Below are positions 9,406-20,924 of a stretch of 64,000 nucleotides of DNA, one piece after another (the first letter of the stretch is position 1; every line of letters starts with the position of its first letter). The position numbers and the translations under genes are program-made. The DNA comes from Candidatus Wolfebacteria bacterium (GTDB lineage: Bacteria > Patescibacteriota > Minisyncoccia > UBA6257 > UBA9933): contig JACPIO010000025.1 of NCBI GenBank assembly GCA_016188075.1, positions 3,579 to 67,578 on the forward strand, written 5' to 3'. Under the pieces are notes generated by a model. The model searched no databases. It had not been told where the DNA came from and saw only the letters and a program-made list of their open reading frames with translations.

Positions 9406-9692
9406 CTATCGTTCAACCCAATAAAAATAATTTAACAAAATTGAATCTAACCATCGGCGGTATGGCGCTTGTTTTGGTTTCCATTATTTTCGGAGGAGTA
9501 TTCGCTTATAACGACGTTGTTGATTTCCGGCACGAATTGAGTCGTGTGAAGACGGAGCTCGGCCGCGTCGAAGTGCAAAACGCGGAATTAAAAAATAGTT
9601 TTTATAAAATCGTGGATGCCGGAAAACTGGAAAAGCTGGCTCTAAGCGGCGGGCTGATTTTGGATAAGAATCCCCAGTATTTCGGGCGCTAA
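9402..9692 (+). CDS. FtsL-like cell-division protein (TM + coiled coil)
   Basis: 96 aa; single TM then coiled coil; positioned between rsmH and ftsI as in dcw clusters. Confidence 0.5.
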   Translation: MTIVQPNKNNLTKLNLTIGGMALVLVSIIFGGVFAYNDVVDFRHELSRVKTELGRVEVQNAELKNSFYKIVDAGKLEKLALSGGLILDKNPQYFGR

Positions 9693-9709
9693 AAAACGAA
9701 TAAAAAATT

Positions 9710-11395
9710 ATGACAGGGAATTGGAGAGTGGCGAGTTTAATTATCATCTTTAGCCTTATCTATTCTTTTTTAATTTTTAATATTTACAATCTCCAGTTCG
9801 AAAAGAGAGTTTACTATTTGAGTTTGGCGGAAGCGCGGGATGAAGCCGGCGGAGTCTTGAAAGCCGAGCGGGGAAATATTTATTTTACCGATAAAAACGG
9901 CACTGCCATTCAGGCGGTTTTGAACAAAGAATATCCGATAATTTACGCCGTCCCCGCTGAAGTTCAGAGAAACGCCGATCAACGCGGATTCGGAACGCGG
10001 ATTTACGCGGAGCAATTAGAAACGATATTGGGTATCTCTGCTTCCGAATTAGAAAAAAAATTAGTTAAACCGAATGACGAATATGAACTTCTTGTCGAGA
10101 AAGCAACCGCCGAGCAGGTGGCGGCGATGAAGAGGTTGGATATTAAGGGTATCTATGTCAAAAATGAATTGCTTCGATTTTATCCCTTTGGCGATTTGGC
10201 GGCGCATCTTTTGGGTTTTGTTTCGCCGGCGAGCGACAAAGAAGACTCGCCTTCCGGGGAGGCGGAGTTTGGTCGGTACGGAGTCGAACTTTATTTTAAT
10301 AAGTTTTTAGCCGGACAGAACGGAACGCTTAAGGACGATAAACTGATTGAATCCGAAAAAGGAAAAGATTTGTTTTTGACGATTGATCGGAGTATCCAAT
10401 CCGAAGCCGAAGAAATTCTGAAAAATTTGGTTCAAGAAAAAGAAGCGGAGGCAGGGACGGTCATCGTCGAAGAGCCGAAAACCGGGAAAATTTTGGCCAT
10501 GGCTAATTTTCCCAATTTTGATCCAAATAATTATTCCGGATTTGGGGTGGGTAAATTTTTAAATCCGGCCACGGAGGCGGTTTACGAACCGGGTTCGATT
10601 TTTAAGATATTCACGATGGCCGCCGGCATTGACAGCGGGAAAATTACGCCGGAGACGGAATACACGGATACCGGCAGCGTTACTTTTAACGGGAAAACAA
10701 TAAAAAACTGGGATTTGAAAGCGCACGGCAGGCAAACCATGACCGGCGTGATTGAGCAATCCATAAACACCGGCGCGGTTTTTGCCGAAAGAAAAACCGG
10801 TCATGATATTTTTTATACTTACTTGAATAAATTCGGGTTAAGCGAGCCGACTAAAATTCAGTTGCCCGGAGAAGTGTCGGGCAATCTTAAGAATCTAAAA
10901 AACGGCCGCGACATTGATTTTGCAACGGCCTCTTTTGGCCAGGGAGTTGCCGTTACGCCGATTGAATTGGTGAACGCCGCCTCCGTCGTAGCCAATGGAG
11001 GGCTTCTTATGAGACCTTACATCTTGAAAAATGAAGAGCCGAAAGTAGTGCGCCGAGTTTTAAAAGAAGAGACCAGTCGAGCTGTTCGAGAAATGATGAC
11101 TTCGGCAGTTGTAAAAAACAAATTGGCGGCCATTCCCAATTATAACGTGGCTGGGAAAACCGGAACCGCTTTTGTGCCGGATTTCAAACGCGGCGGATAT
11201 ACCGATGAAGTTATAAACACCTACATTGGTTTTGCTCCGGCTTCGGATCCCCGTTTTATAATTTCCGTAAAGTTGGAAAAGCCGGCCGGTAGTCCTTTGG
11301 CTGGCCAGACCGTGGTGCCGGCTTTCCGGGCGCTCGCCGAATTTATTTTGAATTACTACAATATACCGCCGGATAAATTAGACCAACATCAATGA
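9710..11395 (+). CDS. ftsI: peptidoglycan transpeptidase FtsI / PBP
   Basis: 561 aa; SxxK (GSIFKIF), SxN (SINTGAV) and KTG(T) motifs. Confidence 0.85.
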   Translation: MTGNWRVASLIIIFSLIYSFLIFNIYNLQFEKRVYYLSLAEARDEAGGVLKAERGNIYFTDKNGTAIQAVLNKEYPIIYAVPAEVQRNADQRGFGTRIYAEQLETILGISASELEKKLVKPNDEYELLVEKATAEQVAAMKRLDIKGIYVKNELLRFYPFGDLAAHLLGFVSPASDKEDSPSGEAEFGRYGVELYFNKFLAGQNGTLKDDKLIESEKGKDLFLTIDRSIQSEAEEILKNLVQEKEAEAGTVIVEEPKTGKILAMANFPNFDPNNYSGFGVGKFLNPATEAVYEPGSIFKIFTMAAGIDSGKITPETEYTDTGSVTFNGKTIKNWDLKAHGRQTMTGVIEQSINTGAVFAERKTGHDIFYTYLNKFGLSEPTKIQLPGEVSGNLKNLKNGRDIDFATASFGQGVAVTPIELVNAASVVANGGLLMRPYILKNEEPKVVRRVLKEETSRAVREMMTSAVVKNKLAAIPNYNVAGKTGTAFVPDFKRGGYTDEVINTYIGFAPASDPRFIISVKLEKPAGSPLAGQTVVPAFRALAEFILNYYNIPPDKLDQHQ

Positions 11396-12637
11396 ACTGG
11401 TTTTTGAATAAATTGGCAAGGATTACGGTTTGGCGTTTTGAGCCGAAGATTATTGCTGTTACCGGAAGTGTCGGCAAAACCGCGACCGTGGAGAAGATCG
11501 AAGCGGTTTTGAAGCACCCGGTTTTTTTGTCAGAGAGAGATAATCGCGGTGCCACTCGCGCTCTTGGGCGATTGGCGCGATGAAGATTTAGGGCTCTTAA
11601 CTTTTAACGACTTGCCCGTCTCCCAAAAAATTAAAAAAATATTTTTTTGGACTAAGGTGATTTTAACGCCAATCATTAAATTGTTTTTTCGGCTTCGAAA
11701 AAAACATCAAGAGATTTTGATTCTCGAATACGGACTTCAGAAAAACTTGAAGATAAGAGATTTTTTGGAAATGGCCAAACCCGATATCGGAGTAGTGACG
11801 GCTGTTGGCGATATTCCGGCGCATGTCGAATTTTGGAGCGGCCCTTGGGCAGTCGCCCGAGAAAAGTCAAAAGTGGTTGAATGCCTCGACTCCGATGGTT
11901 TTGCCGTGTTGAATTTTGATGACGAGGCGGTTTTGGAGATGAAAAAGCGAACAAGGGCTAGAATCATTACTTTTGGTTTTGGCCCAGGGGCGGATGTAAG
12001 AATTATGAATTTTGAAAATCAATTCGAGAATCCCGAGTCCTACGGAATCAATTTTAAGATTGGCTACGGCGGGAGCGTGGTGCCGGTCAAGCTTCGTAAT
12101 GTTTTCGGCAAGGCCGAAGCGTATGCCGCCTCCGCGGCAGTTTGCATTGGTTTGATTTTTGATTTGAACTTGGTTGAAATTGCCGAAGCCTTGCAAAGTT
12201 CGCATTCCCTTTATTCCGGCAAGAGGATTTTAAAAGGAGTCAAAGAAACGGTGATTATTGAAGATTTGAGCGATGTTTCGCCTTTGTCAATGGATGAAGC
12301 CATTCATGTTTTGGGAGAATTTAGAGACCGAAGGAAAATCGCGGTTTTGGGAGATATGCTTGATTTGGGTAAGTGGAGCATTGAAGCTCACGAAGCCATC
12401 GGCCGGCTCACGTCCACGACCGTTGATCTTTTGTTTACGGTCGGGCCCCGGGGAAAATTAATAGCCGAGGGAGCCCGAGAAGGGGGTCTATTCAAAAATA
12501 AAATTTTAAGCTACGATACTTCGGTCGAGGCTGGAAGAAAACTTCAAGATTTATTAAAGAAAGGGGACGCGGTTTTGATAACCGGAGCCAGAGAGTTGAG
12601 AATGGGAGAGGTGGTGGAAGAAGTAAAAAGTAATTAG
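11392..12637 (+). CDS. murF: Mur ligase, MurF-like, interrupted by a frameshift at a T7 homopolymer (11522-11528)
   Basis: ORF 11392-11583 carries the P-loop TGSVGKTAT; reading continues in another frame from about 11511 (…EIIAVPLALL… then Mur middle/C-terminal domains, LGDMLDLG); the two frames overlap across the T7 run. Confidence 0.65.
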
Positions 12638-12660
12638 TAATTGGTAATTAGGATTAATTA
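12631..12660. repeat. 8-bp periodic AT-rich array (taattagtaattggtaattaggattaatta)
   Basis: related arrays at 59908-59970 and, reverse-complemented, at 23831-23855. Confidence 0.5.
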
Positions 12661-12712
12661 CTATGGCGCTTTCGTCTAGTGGTCAAGTCCCGATGTAGTC
12701 AAAAATTTATGC

Positions 12713-12785
12713 GCCGCCATCGTCTAGTGGCCTAGGACACTAGGTTCTCATCCTAGAAACCGGGGTTCGATTCCCCGTGGCGGTA
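12713..12785 (+). tRNA. tRNA-Glu (anticodon CUC)
   Basis: cloverleaf: acceptor gccgcca/tggcggt, D-arm tcgtctagtggcctaggac, anticodon loop ttCTCat, T-arm cgggg-ttcgatt-ccccg; matches bacterial tRNA-Glu. Confidence 0.85.
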
Positions 12786-12845
12786 CATAAATTTTTGATA
12801 CTACATCGAGGATCCTCGATACGACATCAAAATTAAAATTTTGGT

Positions 12846-12905
12846 CGTATCGGGAGACATCACGTTCTCAACGTGGGGACCCGGGTTCAAATCCCGGTGA
12901 GAGCA
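12846..12905 (+). other. 5'-truncated tRNA-like sequence (D-arm onward, anticodon loop ttCTCaa, good T-arm and 3' acceptor tgagagc-a) lacking a matching 5' acceptor strand
   Basis: well-formed anticodon and T arms but nothing adjacent pairs with the 3' acceptor; a separate tRNA 5'-fragment-like sequence (gcgctttcgtctagtggtcaag) lies at 12665-12690. Confidence 0.4.
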
Positions 12906-13002
12906 CAAATTTTTATTACAGTTGATTTCCGTTTTTTATTTTGCTACTTTTAGGCAGGCGGTTTTGGCCGGATTTTTTAGTTTTTAATTTTGTGTTTCCA
13001 AT

Positions 13003-13170
13003 AGCGTCGCTTGCTCGCCGAGCCCCCATCCCGTGCGGCAACTCGTGGACCCAGCCGGAGCTCGGTCTCGCCGAAGGCGAGTCCGGCTGGGGAGCGGTAG
13101 GGACGGCGAGCCGCTGGAGCGAGCCGAGCCCGGTGCCGTCAGGGATGCGGGGCTCGGCGCCAGGCCCACT
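13003..13170 (+). ncRNA. GC-rich, highly structured ~170-nt element upstream of atpB (candidate small RNA or cis-regulatory leader)
   Basis: GC island in an AT-leaning region; long-range closing helix cgccgagcccccatccc / gggatgcggggctcggcg plus internal hairpins; ORFs here overlap on both strands and read as nonsense. Confidence 0.45.
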
Positions 13171-13191
13171 TAGTCAAACATTACATTAGCT

Positions 13192-13935
13192 ATGTCCGAA
13201 ATTTCCATTAAAGCCGAAGAAATTTTTCAAATCAGCGGTTGGCCAGTAACTAACGCGGTGCTTTTATCGGCGCTTGCCGTTTTGGTTATTCTCGGCGCCT
13301 CCCTTCTTTTGCGGGGGAAGCTGTCGCTTTTACCCGGAAAGTTTCAGCTGATTTTCGAATTTTTGATTGAAGAAATTTTAAAGCTAATGGATGCGGTTTT
13401 GGGTTCGCGCCGGCTTTCCTTAAAATATCTGCCGTTTGTTGCCACGATCTTTTTATTTATTTTGACATCCAACTGGCTTGGACTTTTGCCGGTGATCGGG
13501 CCAGTTGGAATTAAGACCGCGCATTCGAATCCCGGCCTTGTGCCGCTTTTCCGATCGCCGGCGAGCGATTTGAATTTTACCATTGCTTTGGCTGTGATCT
13601 CGGTTTTGTCCGTGAACTTTTTGGCGATCACTGCCTTGGGTTTTAAAAAACATTTTTCCAAATTTTTTACTTTTAGGGATCCCATTCTCTCTTTCACCGG
13701 CCTACTTGAATTTATTTCCGAGTTTGTTAAGATTATATCGTTCTCTTTTCGATTATTCGGAAATGTTTTTGCCGGGGAGGTGCTCCTCGTCATTGTCGGA
13801 TTTTTAGTGCCTTATTTCCTGCCCCTGCCTTTTATTTTTCTGGAAATCTTTGTCGGGTTTATCCAGGCGTTCATTTTTTCGATGTTGACACTGGTTTTCA
13901 TTGGAATGGCGACCAACGAAGAACCGGCTCACTAA
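13192..13935 (+). CDS. atpB: F0F1 ATP synthase subunit a
   Basis: 247 aa polytopic membrane protein at the head of the atp operon. Confidence 0.85.
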   Translation: MSEISIKAEEIFQISGWPVTNAVLLSALAVLVILGASLLLRGKLSLLPGKFQLIFEFLIEEILKLMDAVLGSRRLSLKYLPFVATIFLFILTSNWLGLLPVIGPVGIKTAHSNPGLVPLFRSPASDLNFTIALAVISVLSVNFLAITALGFKKHFSKFFTFRDPILSFTGLLEFISEFVKIISFSFRLFGNVFAGEVLLVIVGFLVPYFLPLPFIFLEIFVGFIQAFIFSMLTLVFIGMATNEEPAH

Positions 13936-13965
13936 AGGTCAAAATAGTAAAATTAAATAATATAA

Positions 13966-14205
<240 letters not shown>

Positions 14206-14222
14206 GGAGTAATCGTTAATAT

Positions 14223-14729
14223 ATGAAGGGAATTTTGGATCAGTTGGGGGTCAATTGGCGGCTCCTTTTAACGCAAGGAGTCAATTTTTTTATTTTGCTC
14301 GCGGTTCTTACTTTTTTGGCGTATCGGCCTCTTATTCGAATAATGGAAGAGCGCCGAAAAAAAATTGAGCTTGGATTAAAAGCCGGGGAAGAAGGGGAAA
14401 AACGGTTAAAACACATCGAAGAATTGAAAGCCGAAAAACTGGCCCAAGCCGAAAGATCCAGCTTGAGCCTTATTTCCCGGGCCGAAGAAAAAGCCAAAAA
14501 AGAAGCCGGGGTGATTGTCAAAAATTCCGAAGCCAAAGCCAAGACGATTCTGGAAGAGGCTGTGGATTTAGCCCAAAGAAAAAAAATGGAAGAATTGGAA
14601 AATTTGACTGCCGAGGCCAAAAATATTATAAAGTCGGCCATCGTGAAAACTGTCCAGCTTGATCCGCGTTTGATTGACGAAGCGCTAATTAGTCGGGCAG
14701 TGGAGACGATTAAAAAAGAACGAGTATGA
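14223..14729 (+). CDS. atpF: F0F1 ATP synthase subunit b
   Basis: 168 aa; N-terminal TM then charged coiled coil. Confidence 0.8.
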   Translation: MKGILDQLGVNWRLLLTQGVNFFILLAVLTFLAYRPLIRIMEERRKKIELGLKAGEEGEKRLKHIEELKAEKLAQAERSSLSLISRAEEKAKKEAGVIVKNSEAKAKTILEEAVDLAQRKKMEELENLTAEAKNIIKSAIVKTVQLDPRLIDEALISRAVETIKKERV

Positions 14730-15118
14730 AATACCGCTCCGATTTTTACGCAAAAGCCCTTTTTGCGGCAACGGAAAAAAATCCGGAAGAAACGGAAAAT
14801 ATCATTCGGCGATTTTTCCGTCTACTTAAGAAAACCGGAGATATCAGTCAGTCTCGAAAAATTTTAGAATCGGTGGAAAAATTGGCAGTTAAAAAATCGG
14901 GTGACCGATGGGTAAAAATTGAATACAGCCGGTCAATGGATAAAAGGATGGAATCGAACATCAATAATTATTTTGGCAGCGGTTATCACGTTGAAAATGT
15001 TATCAATCCTTTGCTTATCGCCGGAGTTCGGATCACGATTGATGACGAAGAAGAATTGGATATTTCGCTTGCGAAAAAATTAAGGAAAATGTTTTCCACC
15101 GCTATCCACGAGTATTAA
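14726..15118 (+). CDS. atpH: F0F1 ATP synthase subunit delta (short form)
   Basis: 130 aa; C-terminal OSCP-like motif INPLLIAGVRITIDD; operon position. Confidence 0.65.
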   Translation: MKYRSDFYAKALFAATEKNPEETENIIRRFFRLLKKTGDISQSRKILESVEKLAVKKSGDRWVKIEYSRSMDKRMESNINNYFGSGYHVENVINPLLIAGVRITIDDEEELDISLAKKLRKMFSTAIHEY

Positions 15119-15140
15119 CGAGTGGCTATAGCGGTGAGAA

Positions 15141-15252
15141 CCCAGCACATATCTCACCCTAAGACGTGGTTATACCACCTAAGGAAGGCGATAGCCGACT
15201 TCGTCTACCAGAAGAGGTAATACCCCAAGCAGTGATCGAGATATGTGCTGGG
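15141..15252. mobile_element. ~110-bp element with perfect 15-bp terminal inverted repeats (cccagcacatatctc / gagatatgtgctggg) between atpH and atpA
   Basis: TIRs at 15141-15155 and 15238-15252; TIR sequence related to the 7244-7444 element (shared cacat(a)tctc core). Confidence 0.5.
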
Positions 15253-15315
15253 TGCTCAAATTTATAATTAAATTTATTTAAGGTAAAAAAATATAGAAAT
15301 TTAAATAAATTTGGC

Positions 15316-16851
15316 ATGGCTTTCGAAATTGTCGAAAAACTGAAAAGGGAAATTGAATCTTTTCGGGATGAATCAAAGTGGGAAAGAGTTGGAGAAGTGA
15401 CCGAGGCAGGCGATGGCATTGTTAAGATTTCCGGCCTTCGGAATGCTTTAAGTCAGGAAATCCTTTTGATTGAAACAGCGAAGGGCGAGGCAATCGCCTT
15501 GGCCGTGAACCTCGAGGAAAATTTTATCGGCGCCATTATTTTGGGAGAAGGAGAATCGGTTAAAGTTGGTGATCGGGTTCGCCAGACTGGCCGAGTACTT
15601 TCAATTAAAGCAGGAGATGAACTGATTGGAAGAGTCGTTAATCCTTTGGGCGAACCGCTTGACGGCAAGGGCGTAATTTTTAGAGATAGTCAAAAAGTCA
15701 AAGAATATCCGCTGGAAAAAACCGCGCCGAACGTTCTTCAAAGAGAACCGGTAAAAACGCCGCTCCATACCGGTGTTAAATCTATTGACGCGATGATTCC
15801 GATCGGCCGGGGTCAGCGCGAGCTTTTAATCGGCGATCGGCAAACCGGAAAAACCGCTCTGGCCATTGATACGATTTTAAATCAAAAACAGGATTCGGCC
15901 CGGCATCAGGTAATCTGTATTTACGTGGCCATCGGACAGAAAAATTCCAAAATCGCGAAAATCCTGAAATTACTGGAAGAGTCAGAAGCTTTGAGATATT
16001 CCATCGTTGTTTCGGCCCCGGCTTCTTCTCCGGCCAGCCTCCAGTATCTCGCGCCTTTCGCCGGCTGCGCCATCGGAGAATATTTTATGGATCAGGGGAA
16101 AGACGCTTTGGTTATCTATGACGATCTTGTGAAACACGCCGATGCCTATCGCGAGTTATCTTTGCTTTTGCGCCGGCCGCCGGGACGCGAGGCTTATCCC
16201 GGTGATATTTTTTATCTTCATTCGCGCTTGCTCGAACGCGCCGCCAAGCTGAATAAAGATTACGGCGGCGGCTCGCTCACGGCTATTCCCATAATCGAAA
16301 CCAAACTCGGCGATGTTTCAGCCTATATTCCCACAAACGTTATCTCTATTACTGACGGCCAGATTTATTTGGAATCAAGTCTTTTTTACCAAGGTATTCG
16401 TCCGGCGGTGAACGTCGGTTTATCGGTTTCTCGAGTGGGTTCTTCGGCTCAGACCAAAGCAATGAAAAAAGTGGCGAGCCGTTTGCGGCTCGAACTCGCC
16501 CAATTTCGGGAACTCGCGGCTTTTGTGCAATTTGCTTCGGATTTGGACGAAGCGACTCGTCAAAAAATTCGGCGCGGCGAACTTTTGACGGAAATTTTAA
16601 AGCAAGGCGACGGCGAACCGATTCCTTTCGAAAAACAAGTCGCGATACTTTACGCGGCCCTTAACGGTTTTTTAGACGACGTTGAATTGCAGAAAATGAA
16701 AGAATTTGAAAATAAATTCATTGATTATTTGGAAAAACGTCACGATGAAGATATTTTGGAGTCAATCCGCGAAAGCGGAGAACTCTTGAAAGAAGTCGAA
16801 GACAATCTAAAATCAGCCATATTGGCGTTCAAGAACGCATTTACCCTATAA
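15316..16851 (+). CDS. atpA: F0F1 ATP synthase subunit alpha
   Basis: 511 aa; Walker A GDRQTGKT. Confidence 0.9.
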   Translation: MAFEIVEKLKREIESFRDESKWERVGEVTEAGDGIVKISGLRNALSQEILLIETAKGEAIALAVNLEENFIGAIILGEGESVKVGDRVRQTGRVLSIKAGDELIGRVVNPLGEPLDGKGVIFRDSQKVKEYPLEKTAPNVLQREPVKTPLHTGVKSIDAMIPIGRGQRELLIGDRQTGKTALAIDTILNQKQDSARHQVICIYVAIGQKNSKIAKILKLLEESEALRYSIVVSAPASSPASLQYLAPFAGCAIGEYFMDQGKDALVIYDDLVKHADAYRELSLLLRRPPGREAYPGDIFYLHSRLLERAAKLNKDYGGGSLTAIPIIETKLGDVSAYIPTNVISITDGQIYLESSLFYQGIRPAVNVGLSVSRVGSSAQTKAMKKVASRLRLELAQFRELAAFVQFASDLDEATRQKIRRGELLTEILKQGDGEPIPFEKQVAILYAALNGFLDDVELQKMKEFENKFIDYLEKRHDEDILESIRESGELLKEVEDNLKSAILAFKNAFTL

Positions 16852-16852
16852 A

Positions 16853-17764
16853 ATGGAATCTCTGCAGTCGTTAAAATCCCGTCTTCGGGCGGTAAAAAAT
16901 ATCGGGCAGATTACGAAAGCAATGGAAGTGGTCTCTGCCACCAAAATGCGGAGAGCGCAGGAGGCGGCGCTAAATTCCCGGCCGTATGCCTTTGAGGCCC
17001 TGCGTCTTTTGGATAAAGTGAGTCGAGTTTTTAAGAATGGGGCAATCGTCCCGCTTGGTGAGAGCCGTCCCGTTAAGGCAACGCTTGTTATCGTTGTTTC
17101 TTCGGATCGCGGATTGGCCGGCTCCTTTAATACGCAGATTTTCCGAATAATAGATAATTTTACGGCAGCGGATTTTTTTATAACTGTCGGTAAAAAAGCC
17201 GACCGATTTTGTTCCGGAAGGGGATTTAAAGTGATCGAGAGATTTTCCGGTTGGGGCGATTATGCCGAACCGCGTGAATGCGATCCGTTGGCTTCCGCGG
17301 TCATTGACGGTTTTTTGCGAAAGAAATGGGACAGGGCGATCGCGATATCAACGCATTTTCGCACAACCCTGAAGCAGGAAGTTTTGGTTCGCCAGATTTT
17401 ACCGGTTGATTTCGAAAAAATCCGGGAAACCGCGAGGGAGCTAGTTCCGGAAAGCGGTCGCTGGGCGGAGTTGAGAAAAAATATGGCTGACGACGCTAAC
17501 CATGACAATGACTATATTTTTGAACCGTCGCCATCCGAAGCGTTAAGCGCGCTTGTGCCGCATTTGGTTAGAATGCAAATTTATCATTTAATTTTAGAAG
17601 CTAACGCTTCGGAGCATTCGGCCCGGATGGTGGCGATGAAAAGCGCTTCGGATAACGCCGAAGAACTTTCCGGGGAAATCACTCTTGATTACAACAAGGC
17701 GCGGCAAGCGGGCATCACCAAAGAAATAATCGAAATAGTCGGAACGCAGACTGCGATGACATAA
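16853..17764 (+). CDS. atpG: F0F1 ATP synthase subunit gamma
   Basis: 303 aa; operon position; conserved C-terminal helix. Confidence 0.85.
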   Translation: MESLQSLKSRLRAVKNIGQITKAMEVVSATKMRRAQEAALNSRPYAFEALRLLDKVSRVFKNGAIVPLGESRPVKATLVIVVSSDRGLAGSFNTQIFRIIDNFTAADFFITVGKKADRFCSGRGFKVIERFSGWGDYAEPRECDPLASAVIDGFLRKKWDRAIAISTHFRTTLKQEVLVRQILPVDFEKIRETARELVPESGRWAELRKNMADDANHDNDYIFEPSPSEALSALVPHLVRMQIYHLILEANASEHSARMVAMKSASDNAEELSGEITLDYNKARQAGITKEIIEIVGTQTAMT

Positions 17765-17787
17765 ATTAACCAACAACCAACAACTAA

Positions 17788-19206
<1,419 letters not shown>

Positions 19207-19214
19207 CGTGAAAT

Positions 19215-19454
19215 ATGAATCTAAAAATTATTTCTCTAAAGGGAGCGCAATTTGAAGGCGAGGTGGTCGGTTTCAATGTTAAAACCGCGGCTGGGGAAAT
19301 TACGATTTTGGATCATCATCGGCCGATTATTTCCTCCCTGATTTTGGGCGCGGCGGTCATCATCGGGAAAGACGAGAATCGTCAAGCAATGCCCATTAAG
19401 TCCGGTTTTTTAGAGATGGACAAAAAAAATAATTTAACCGTCCTTATTGATTGA
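19215..19454 (+). CDS. atpC: F0F1 ATP synthase subunit epsilon (N-terminal beta-sandwich domain only)
   Basis: 79 aa; operon position. Confidence 0.7.
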   Translation: MNLKIISLKGAQFEGEVVGFNVKTAAGEITILDHHRPIISSLILGAAVIIGKDENRQAMPIKSGFLEMDKKNNLTVLID

Positions 19455-19532
19455 AGCAATAAAACCCCACGCCTCATTAGTTTATAATGCCTGTATGTTC
19501 TATGCGCGTCTTCTTCAAAGTTGAAAAGATTG

Positions 19533-19555
19533 GGTGGTAGCTTTAAAGCTACCAC
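19533..19555. repeat. palindrome ggtggtagctttaaagctaccac (second copy at 43817-43834)
   Basis: the 18-bp core ggtagctttaaagctacc recurs at a distant locus. Confidence 0.6.
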
Positions 19556-19644
19556 TGAAATTAAGAGCCGACGCTTTAAATCAACAAAAGAGAAGAATTT
19601 CCAAAAGTCTCCATGTCGATTGTCAATAAAGTGTTATATTTTAA

Positions 19645-20097
19645 ATGGAGAGGATGATTGCGAAGATAATAAGCAGAGATCACTACCGAGCTGATGCTTG
19701 CGTTGTTTGGTGTTTTGACGATCGGTTTGCTGGCTTGCTTGAGGATTTTATAAAAGCGAAAAACTTTAGGCGTGTGGATTTGATAAAAGTCGCGGGCGGA
19801 GCAAAAGATCTTGTTGGTTTTTCGGATACTATCACATGTGATAGTAAGCAGAGTTATCTTTTAGATCAGATTGCGAAGTCTATAAAATTACATCAAACGC
19901 CTTTAGTGATTTTAATGGTGCATGCGGATTGCGGGGCGTATGGGAAAAAATTCGAGACCGTTCTCGAAGAACAGGAATTTTATAGAGGAGAGTTAAATAA
20001 AGCAGAGGCGGTGGTTAGAAAATTTTTGGCGGAAAATCATTTAGAGGCGCGAATCGAAAAATATTTCGCGGATTTTGAAGGATTAAATAAAGTTTAA
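19645..20097 (+). CDS. hypothetical protein with beta-carbonic-anhydrase-like CxDxR / HxxC motifs
   Basis: 150 aa; CFDDR ... HADCG. Confidence 0.35.
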   Translation: MERMIAKIISRDHYRADACVVWCFDDRFAGLLEDFIKAKNFRRVDLIKVAGGAKDLVGFSDTITCDSKQSYLLDQIAKSIKLHQTPLVILMVHADCGAYGKKFETVLEEQEFYRGELNKAEAVVRKFLAENHLEARIEKYFADFEGLNKV

Positions 20098-20100
20098 TCT

Positions 20101-20445
20101 ATGATTCCCAGAAACGTTATCAAAGATTTAAAACTGCTCGCTTCATTCGGCGCCGCCATTTTCGCCTTATTTTTAGGATTCGTTTTCGTTTACATTCATT
20201 TCGCCGACTTTAATGGTTTGGTGATCATTCATTTCGATTCACGCGAAGGCATTGATTTTCTGGGGAGCGTGAAAGACGTGTTCGGCATTTTGGCTTCGGC
20301 TTTTATTATGATTGTTGTCAATCTTTTTTTATCCAATTTTCTTTACTACCGCGAGCGGTTTTTGGCCTATGTTTTTGCTTTTGTTAGCTTGGCGCTCGCT
20401 ATCTTGATTTTAATCGCGATATCGGTTATTGTGTCAATTAATTGA
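20101..20445 (+). CDS. hypothetical membrane protein
   Basis: 114 aa; 3-4 predicted TM helices. Confidence 0.5.
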   Translation: MIPRNVIKDLKLLASFGAAIFALFLGFVFVYIHFADFNGLVIIHFDSREGIDFLGSVKDVFGILASAFIMIVVNLFLSNFLYYRERFLAYVFAFVSLALAILILIAISVIVSIN

Positions 20446-20525
20446 TAAGCAGTTAGAATCTAGAATTTAGTATTTAGGGGGCGGGGATTAGATTCCTAAC
20501 TCCTAAATACTAACTCCTAACTACT

Positions 20526-20843
20526 ATGGGTTTTGCAATCATTCAAACTGGCGGGAAGCAATATAAAGTATCTCCGGGGCAAAAAATTAGAATAGAAAAA
20601 GTTGAACCTAACGAAGAGGGGAATTTTGTCTTTGATAAAGTTCTTTTGGTTGCGGAGCAAGACGGAGAGGTTAAAATCGGCACGCCGTATGTTTCGGGCG
20701 CGAAGGTCGAGGGAAAAGTTTTAAAACAGGGGAGAGATAAAAAGAAAATTATTTTCCGCTATCATTCGAAAACGCGCTATCGAAAAAAGAAAGGGCATAG
20801 GCAGCCGTTTACGGAAGTCCTGGTTGACAAAATTAAGGGTTAA
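20526..20843 (+). CDS. rplU: 50S ribosomal protein L21
   Basis: MGFAIIQTGGKQYKVSPGQKIRIEK. Confidence 0.9.
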   Translation: MGFAIIQTGGKQYKVSPGQKIRIEKVEPNEEGNFVFDKVLLVAEQDGEVKIGTPYVSGAKVEGKVLKQGRDKKKIIFRYHSKTRYRKKKGHRQPFTEVLVDKIKG

Positions 20844-20924
20844 AAGTAGAATTCCGGAAATAAGTTCGGAGGGTTTATTGGTTATCGAAGATCGAGAAAA
20901 GAATAGAATAATCTATCTTTTTCT

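Noticed and set aside
12941-13189. ORFs 12941-13189(+) and 12984-13169(-) as genes
   Set aside because: Mutually overlapping ORFs inside the GC-rich hairpin-rich element upstream of atpB. The translation is Gly/Ser/Pro/Arg-rich with no domain.
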